A stretch of DNA of 64,000 nucleotides from Gemmatimonadota bacterium (GTDB taxonomy: Bacteria > Gemmatimonadota > Gemmatimonadetes > Palauibacterales > KS3-K002), in contig JBDHJS010000002.1 of NCBI GenBank assembly GCA_039586795.1, positions 1 through 64,000 on the forward strand. Direction: 5' to 3'. Position 1 is the first letter of the stretch, and each line of letters starts with the position of its first letter. The notes below the pieces were generated by a model. It did no database searches. It was given only the letters and a program-made list of their open reading frames with translations, and was not told the origin of the DNA. The position numbers and the translations under genes were made by a program. Positions 58,261 to 64,000 of the stretch are shown piece by piece.

Positions 58261-60162
58261 CTACGGGTTGCGCGTTTCACGTGAAACGTCCGACCCGCGC
58301 CGGGCCTTACGGACCTCCATCATCAGGTTCTGGAGATCGCTCGGCGCCACGCCCGGTATGCGCGCCGCCTGCGCCAGCGTCGCCGGACGGATCCGTTCCA
58401 GCTTCTGGCGCGCTTCCTTCGACAGGCTACTGAACTCACCGTAGGCCAGATCCGGGGCCAAACGAAACTCCGCCTGGCGATGCAGTCGCTCCGCGTCTCG
58501 TCGCTCCTTGGCGATGTAGCCCGCGTACTTGAGCTCCATCTCCACCGCCGCCAGGTCGTCCGGCACCGGTGCCTCCATCGCCGATCCATCGCACAGCTTC
58601 ACCAGGTCGAGGAGATTCACTTCCGATCGTCGACCCAGGACCGCCAGCGCGGTGTCTTCGACGATCTTCGAGGTGCCTCGCGACTCCAGATAGTCGTTCA
58701 CTTGATCCGGCGTTGCCAACGTCCTCCGCGTCCACGTCCGAGCCGCCTCCCGCTCGCCGAGCTTCATCTCCAGAGTACGCTTCTGCTCTTCGCTCAGTAG
58801 ACCGACGTCGGCGGCGAACGGACCCAAGCGGCGCAGAGCGTTGTCCTGGCGAAGCAGCAGCCGGTACTCGGCTCGGGAGGTGAAGAGCCGATATGGCTCG
58901 TCCACACCCCGGGTCACGAGGTCGTCGAGGAGCACGCCGATATACGACTCGTCTCGCGCCGGGATCCAGGGCGTCCGTTCCAGCACGGAGAGCGCCGCGT
59001 TAACCCCGGCCGCGATCCCCTGCGCCGCTGCCTCCTCATAACCGGTGGTGCCGTTTACCTGGCCCGCGAAGAAGAGGCCCGGGATCGCCTTCGACTCCAG
59101 GGTCGGTGTCAACTGGTGCGGGGGAAAATAGTCGTACTCAATGGCGTAGCCAGGCTGGGTCATCCGCACGCTTTCGAGCCCAGGCACGGCGGCCAGGAAC
59201 TCCCGCTGCACGTCGGGCGGCATCGACGTGGATACGCCGTTGACATAGAACTCTGTCGTCTCGAGGCCTTCCGGCTCGAGGAAGATCTGGTGCCGTCGCG
59301 CGTGAGGGAAGCGGACGATCTTGTCCTCGATCGATGGGCAGTAGCGGGGGCCCTGCGCAGAGATCTCGCCGCCGTAGAGCGCCGAGCGCTCCAGGTTGAG
59401 CTCAATGATCTCTTTCACCTCATCGCCGGCCCAGGTGATCCAGCAGGGAAGTTGCGGTAGCCTGTCGGTCGCCTCCCAGTGAGAGAAGCGGAAATCATCC
59501 GGATCGCCATCCTGCCGCTCGGTCTTTGCGAAATCGATCGTGCGGCCGTCGACCCTGGGAGGCGTCCCGGTCTTGAATCGAGTGACCTCCAGGCCCAGGG
59601 CTTCGAGCTGCTCGGATAGCTCCACAGATGGAGCGTCGCCAGCTCTTCCTGCCGCCTCACGGATGCCGCCGCCGATATGGATTCCGCCCCGCAGGAACGT
59701 GCCGGCGGTCAGCACCACGCGCCGGGCGCGGAAGCTTGACCCATCCCGGCATACCACACCCGCCACCCGCTCGCCGTCGAGGAGAAGAGATCCGACGTTG
59801 GACTGGAAGAGATCCAGCCCCGGAATCGCTTCCAGAAGGCCTCGCATGGTCCGGGAATAGAGCCCCCGATCGCACTGCGAGCGCGGAGCCCATACGGCAG
59901 GACCCTTACGCCTATTGAGCATTCGGAATTGAATGGACGTTCGATCGGTACAAACACCCATCAGACCGCCCAGCGCGTCTACCTCCCGGACCACCGTGCC
60001 CTTCGCCACACCACCTATCGCCGGGTTGCAGCTCAGCTGCGCCACCCGCGCCAGGTACGATGTGACCAACAGCGTTCGCCCGCCCATGCGACCGGCCGCA
60101 GCCGCCGCCTCGCAGCCGGCGTGGCCGCCGCCAATGACTATGACATCGTATTCTTCGATCAT
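58261..60162 (-). CDS. mnmG: tRNA uridine-5-carboxymethylaminomethyl(34) synthesis enzyme MnmG (GidA)
   Basis: GGGHAGCEAA, SCNPAIGG, GPRYCPSIEDK, GQVNGTTGYEEAAAQG. Confidence 0.97.
   Translation of the reverse strand: MIEEYDVIVIGGGHAGCEAAAAAGRMGGRTLLVTSYLARVAQLSCNPAIGGVAKGTVVREVDALGGLMGVCTDRTSIQFRMLNRRKGPAVWAPRSQCDRGLYSRTMRGLLEAIPGLDLFQSNVGSLLLDGERVAGVVCRDGSSFRARRVVLTAGTFLRGGIHIGGGIREAAGRAGDAPSVELSEQLEALGLEVTRFKTGTPPRVDGRTIDFAKTERQDGDPDDFRFSHWEATDRLPQLPCWITWAGDEVKEIIELNLERSALYGGEISAQGPRYCPSIEDKIVRFPHARRHQIFLEPEGLETTEFYVNGVSTSMPPDVQREFLAAVPGLESVRMTQPGYAIEYDYFPPHQLTPTLESKAIPGLFFAGQVNGTTGYEEAAAQGIAAGVNAALSVLERTPWIPARDESYIGVLLDDLVTRGVDEPYRLFTSRAEYRLLLRQDNALRRLGPFAADVGLLSEEQKRTLEMKLGEREAARTWTRRTLATPDQVNDYLESRGTSKIVEDTALAVLGRRSEVNLLDLVKLCDGSAMEAPVPDDLAAVEMELKYAGYIAKERRDAERLHRQAEFRLAPDLAYGEFSSLSKEARQKLERIRPATLAQAARIPGVAPSDLQNLMMEVRKARRGSDVSRETRNP
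58273..58288. promoter_or_regulatory. parS: parS site inside the 3' end of mnmG
   Basis: Perfect palindrome CGTTTCACGTGAAACG. Confidence 0.9.
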
Positions 60163-60284
60163 CCGTTACCTGAATTGACGTCCATCACATGCCGCCTGCT
60201 GGCCGCACGCTGATGCGCGATTCATATTAGCCACGAGTGATCAAAACTAGCAGCGCAACACACGCCCGCAAAACTCACGGCGCC

Positions 60285-60569
60285 ATGACCGACGACAATC
60301 ACATCTGCAAAGCCTTCAAGGTGCACGGCCGCGTTCAGGGAGTCGGCTTTCGATGGTGGGCTCTCCACCAGGCACGCGCCCTCGGTCTCTCCGGCTACGT
60401 TCGAAACAACGCCGATGGAACGGTCGAGATCGCCGTCGCCGGAACCGCCGCTGCCGTGAACGAGATGTGCGCCCGCCTGGCGAGCGGTCCGTCCATGGCG
60501 CGAGTCGATCGACTGGAGGAGCTCGCGACACCCGACCGACTGACGGGCGATTTTCGCATCGACATCTGA
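60285..60569 (+). CDS. acyP: Acylphosphatase
   Basis: VHGRVQGVGFR and GYVRNNADGTVE. Confidence 0.93.
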   Translation: MTDDNHICKAFKVHGRVQGVGFRWWALHQARALGLSGYVRNNADGTVEIAVAGTAAAVNEMCARLASGPSMARVDRLEELATPDRLTGDFRIDI

Positions 60570-62872
60570 TGCTATCTATCTCATTGTATAATAATGGTTT
60601 ACAGAACTCGCCACCCGCGGGTTTCCGGCTTGCGATCGCACTGAAAAGCATCGCCCTCGTCTTCATCATCGGCGCCGTCATGTCGTCTTCGTCTGCGACG
60701 CTGTTCGCCCAGACGTCATCGAGCGTTACCACGAATCCAAAGATCGGGCTCGTCCTGAGCGGGGGCTCCGCACGCGGCTTCGCTCACATCGGCGTCATCC
60801 GCGCGTTGGAAGAAGCGGGCATCGAAGTGCATGTCGTCACGGGCACGAGCATGGGGAGCATCGTCGGAGGCATGTACGCCATCGGCTACACGCCGGACGA
60901 GATGCTCGAGGTGGCGGGCGGCGCCAACTGGGATCTTCTATTCAACGATGCGCCGTCCCGCCGGAACCTCCCGTTAGCTCGCAAAGCCGAATCGGATCGC
61001 TCGGTACTAACACTCCCCATCCGCGACGGGCGACCGGGACTACCGGGCGGCTTCATCGCCGGCCAGCGCATCAGTCAGTTTCTCGGGACGCTGACTTGGC
61101 GATTCCACCCGGTGACCAACTTCCGCGAGCTGCCGATCTCATACGCCGCCGTGGCTGCGGAAGCGGCCAGCGGCAAGGCGATCCGCCTGGACCGCGGCTA
61201 CTTGCCGGAAGCGATTCACGCCAGCATGGCCATCCCCAGCGTCTTCGCTCCCGTAGAGGTCGATGGCGTGCTCCTCATCGATGGCGGTGTGGCCCGCAAT
61301 CTTCCCGCCGAGGATGCCATCGCTCTCGGAGCCGACGTTTTGATCTGCTCGGATGTATCGAAGCCGCTTGTCCCGGCCGACAGCCTGACCGACTTGCTCG
61401 CCGTGCTCGACCAAACGATAGGGTACCGAGGCTGGTATTCGACACTGGAGCAGCGCGCGCTGTGCGACGTTTTGATCCTGCCGGAGATCAACCAGCTGAG
61501 CAGCACGGCATTTGATAAGGCGGCGGAGTGGGCGGAGTACGGTGAGCTCGCGGCGCGAGAGAAGTTGGCCGAGTTGAACGAGCTCGGCCTGACCGCCAAC
61601 CAGCGTCGGCGATGGCCGGCGCGAACCGCAGCTCTGGCAACGGCCGATCCATTTGCCGATTCCGTATTCGTCTCTCGCATCGAGTTAAAAGGTCTCGTAA
61701 GAGCGACTCACCGTTTCACGCGTGACAAACTGAAGCTGCTCGTTCCTGGCTGGGTCGTGCTGTCCGACCTCGATGAGGGGATCGCGCGCCTTTACGACAG
61801 TGGTCGTTTCCGAACGGTCAAGTACAGACTCGATGAAGATCGCGACGCGAGTGGTGGTCCGAATGTGGACGGCGCCCGCGTTCTGCAGGTTAGCGTCGAC
61901 GAGCAGAGTCTTGCTCAGTTGGGCTTCGGCTATCGATACGACAGTAGGTACAAGGCTTCGATATACGGCTACGTAGAATTGGCCGACCCGCTCGTCTATG
62001 GCTCGCGGCTCAACGTGGATGTACGCCTGGGAGAGCAGGGTCTGGCCATCGGTCACTGGCTGGCGACCTTTGGCAGGCGACCGGAGTTCATCGCCGGCGC
62101 CGAGGCCGGCTACCGACGGATGCCTTTCGACATCTACGAAGGCGACCTTCGCATCGCTTCGCCCCGTGCCTTCGTGACGGACTTCAGCGTGCTGGGTGGT
62201 CTGTTGTTGGGCAACGGTGCGACCGTGGCCGGGCGAGTGAAAGGGGAGTACGCCGACCTGGATGAGTTCGCGGCGGCCGGCCCGCCGTTCGCCGGCGAAG
62301 ATCAAACGTACTACACGCTTGCCGGCCTCTTCATCCTGGACACCTACGATCGAGCCGTCTTTCCGCGCAGCGGGGCAGGGGGCCTGGTCAAGGCGGAGTG
62401 GGCGGACGTCTTCTCGAGTGGCGGGAGCACTTTTTCGCACTTCGTTCTCGACCTGCACGCAGCAGCCCGCGTCTATGAAGGCCTATCCCTGCTGGGCCGA
62501 GTCATCGCAGGAAGCAGCACCGGCACGCTGCCGGACAACTACTACTTCTTCCTCGGCGGAACGAACAGCTACTTCATCTTCCCCGATCGCCATTTCCCGT
62601 TCGCCGGCCTGAAGACGATGCAACTCTTCGGGCAGCACGTGCAGGCTCTGCAATTGGGGATGCAGTACGAGTTCTCCCGCTACCTCATCGGGCGGCTGCG
62701 ATGGAATGGCGGCGCGACGATGGCCGAGTGGGATCTCGACACCGATCTGTGGACCTACGGGATGGACATCACGGTGGCAGCGGTGACCCGCTTCGGTCAC
62801 GGGGCCGTGTCAGCAGCCTGGGACCTCGACTCCGGGTTGCGACTCGTGATCGACGTCGGCTACCCGTTCTAG
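60569..62872 (+). CDS. Patatin-like phospholipase with POTRA and C-terminal beta-barrel (PlpD / type Vd-like)
   Basis: LSGGSARGFAHIG, GTSMG, DGG; POTRA-like segment; barrel ending in VGYPF; start codon uncertain. Confidence 0.85.
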   Translation: MLSISLYNNGLQNSPPAGFRLAIALKSIALVFIIGAVMSSSSATLFAQTSSSVTTNPKIGLVLSGGSARGFAHIGVIRALEEAGIEVHVVTGTSMGSIVGGMYAIGYTPDEMLEVAGGANWDLLFNDAPSRRNLPLARKAESDRSVLTLPIRDGRPGLPGGFIAGQRISQFLGTLTWRFHPVTNFRELPISYAAVAAEAASGKAIRLDRGYLPEAIHASMAIPSVFAPVEVDGVLLIDGGVARNLPAEDAIALGADVLICSDVSKPLVPADSLTDLLAVLDQTIGYRGWYSTLEQRALCDVLILPEINQLSSTAFDKAAEWAEYGELAAREKLAELNELGLTANQRRRWPARTAALATADPFADSVFVSRIELKGLVRATHRFTRDKLKLLVPGWVVLSDLDEGIARLYDSGRFRTVKYRLDEDRDASGGPNVDGARVLQVSVDEQSLAQLGFGYRYDSRYKASIYGYVELADPLVYGSRLNVDVRLGEQGLAIGHWLATFGRRPEFIAGAEAGYRRMPFDIYEGDLRIASPRAFVTDFSVLGGLLLGNGATVAGRVKGEYADLDEFAAAGPPFAGEDQTYYTLAGLFILDTYDRAVFPRSGAGGLVKAEWADVFSSGGSTFSHFVLDLHAAARVYEGLSLLGRVIAGSSTGTLPDNYYFFLGGTNSYFIFPDRHFPFAGLKTMQLFGQHVQALQLGMQYEFSRYLIGRLRWNGGATMAEWDLDTDLWTYGMDITVAAVTRFGHGAVSAAWDLDSGLRLVIDVGYPF

Positions 62873-62876
62873 CGAT

Positions 62877-64000
62877 CTACCATTCGTGCGCGGTGCGCCC
62901 CCGACGAACCGCTCGACCGGGGGTGGCGCCGGTGTGTTCGCCGTCTGTGAGGACCGCCACGCCGTTCACGAGCACGTGCAGCATCCCTGTCGCATACTGG
63001 TGCGGCGCGTCGAACGTGGCGTGATCGATGATCTCATCCGGATTGAAGACCACGATATCCGCGAAGTAGCCGGCCTCGATCGACCCGCGCCCGTCGAGAC
63101 CCAGGTTCGTGGCCGGCAAACGGGTCAGCCGCCGCACTGCCTCCGCCAGCGTGATCACCCGTTCCTCACGGACGTACTTGCCCAGCAGTCGGGAGAACGT
63201 TCCATAGGCGCGGGGGTGTGGGTTCGACTTGATGAACACTCCTTCCGGCGCCAACGAGCCGGCGTCCGACCCGAAGCTCACCCACGGCTGGGCCACCTTC
63301 TTGGCGACGTTCTCCTCCGACATGGTGAAGTAGACGCAACCGACCCGGCTGTCGTCTTCGATCACCAGGTCCATCGCGGTCTCCTCCGGCGACGTGCCGC
63401 GCATCTCCGCGACTTCGGCCAGCGTCTTCCCGGTCAGGTGCTTCAGATCATCGTTCTTGAAGCTCACCAGCAAGACCTTGTCAGCCGAACCTGCGGCCAA
63501 GTACGTGTTCGACCACTCGTCGGACAGCGTGACCATCTCACGCTTCACGCGTTCCCTAATCTCCGGGTCCTTCAGTCGCTCGACCCACGCATCGTGCCCA
63601 CCTTCCTGCACCCACGGCGGCATCGACGCGTCGAGACCCGTGGAGCTCGCCGGGTAGGTGTACATGTCGGCGGTGATCCTCAGCCCTTCCGCTCGCGCCG
63701 CTTCGACGCGCGCGAACACCTCATCCAGCTTGTCCCAATTGTCTCTACCCGATGCCTTGAGGTGATAGATCTCGGCCGGGATGTTCGCCTCGCGGGCAAC
63801 TCTGAAAAGCTCGTCCATCGCTGGGAAGATCGTGTAACTCTCGTTCCGCATGTGAGTGATGTAGATACCACCGTACTCGGCGGCGACCTTCGCAAGCTCG
63901 ATCAGCTCCTCGGTCTCGGCGTAGAAGGCGGGCGCGTAAATGAGCGACGACCCGAGACCCAGCGCGCCGTCTCCCATCGCCTGCCGCACCAGGCTACGCA
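62877..64000 (-). CDS. N-acyl-D-amino-acid deacylase (amidohydrolase), 5' truncated by window edge
   Basis: THMRNE, YHLK, GSDAG, PHPRAYGTF, ADIVVF, VLVNG. Confidence 0.92.
   Translation of the reverse strand, partial: RSLVRQAMGDGALGLGSSLIYAPAFYAETEELIELAKVAAEYGGIYITHMRNESYTIFPAMDELFRVAREANIPAEIYHLKASGRDNWDKLDEVFARVEAARAEGLRITADMYTYPASSTGLDASMPPWVQEGGHDAWVERLKDPEIRERVKREMVTLSDEWSNTYLAAGSADKVLLVSFKNDDLKHLTGKTLAEVAEMRGTSPEETAMDLVIEDDSRVGCVYFTMSEENVAKKVAQPWVSFGSDAGSLAPEGVFIKSNPHPRAYGTFSRLLGKYVREERVITLAEAVRRLTRLPATNLGLDGRGSIEAGYFADIVVFNPDEIIDHATFDAPHQYATGMLHVLVNGVAVLTDGEHTGATPGRAVRRGRTAHEW

Noticed and set aside
60353..60568. N-terminal extension of the patatin ORF as given in the ORF track
   Set aside because: It overlaps the acylphosphatase gene in another frame and is Arg-rich junk; the true start is at or after 60569.
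60569..62872. Patatin-POTRA-barrel protein as a novel secretion system
   Set aside because: It matches the known PlpD / type Vd architecture.

Overview
High-GC bacterial chromosomal segment. Gene content and order suggest a Gemmatimonadota-like diderm, which is inference only. It is probably origin-proximal: it carries mnmG-parA-parB, two perfect parS palindromes and a small DnaA-box cluster. From left to right it holds the 3' end of ispH, an APC permease-USP fusion, an LPS-core cluster (three GT9, a Kdo-kinase-like enzyme, a GT-C-type membrane protein, a GT8-like enzyme), a VWA protein, and lapA-like/dapF/mutY/beta-propeller genes. Next is an ~11 kb five-gene signalling operon: three paralogous soluble GAF(n)-PAS histidine kinases, a stand-alone receiver, and a DHp-REC-HAMP-like-Ser/Thr kinase fusion. 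The rest is a MoxR/ChlI-like AAA ATPase, many peptidases and hydrolases, ppk2, 2-oxoacid dehydrogenase E1beta/E2, ygfZ-like, an OmpA lipoprotein, sfsA, a deoxyhypusine-synthase-like enzyme, LOG, bactofilin-M23-parB-parA, mnmG, acylphosphatase, a patatin-POTRA-barrel protein and a partial D-aminoacylase. The two strongest novelty candidates are (1) the His-Asp phosphorelay whose only output domain is a Hanks-type Ser/Thr kinase, fed by sensors built from shuffled ~498-bp GAF modules, and (2) an unannotated ~290-nt structured minus-strand RNA at 50668-50954 with its own terminator and duplicated anti-SD motifs. Several families of 6-, 7- and 8-bp tandem-repeat hairpins sit at gene junctions. No rRNA, tRNA, CRISPR array or transposase was seen. 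All calls come from motif reading by eye; no database searches were run.
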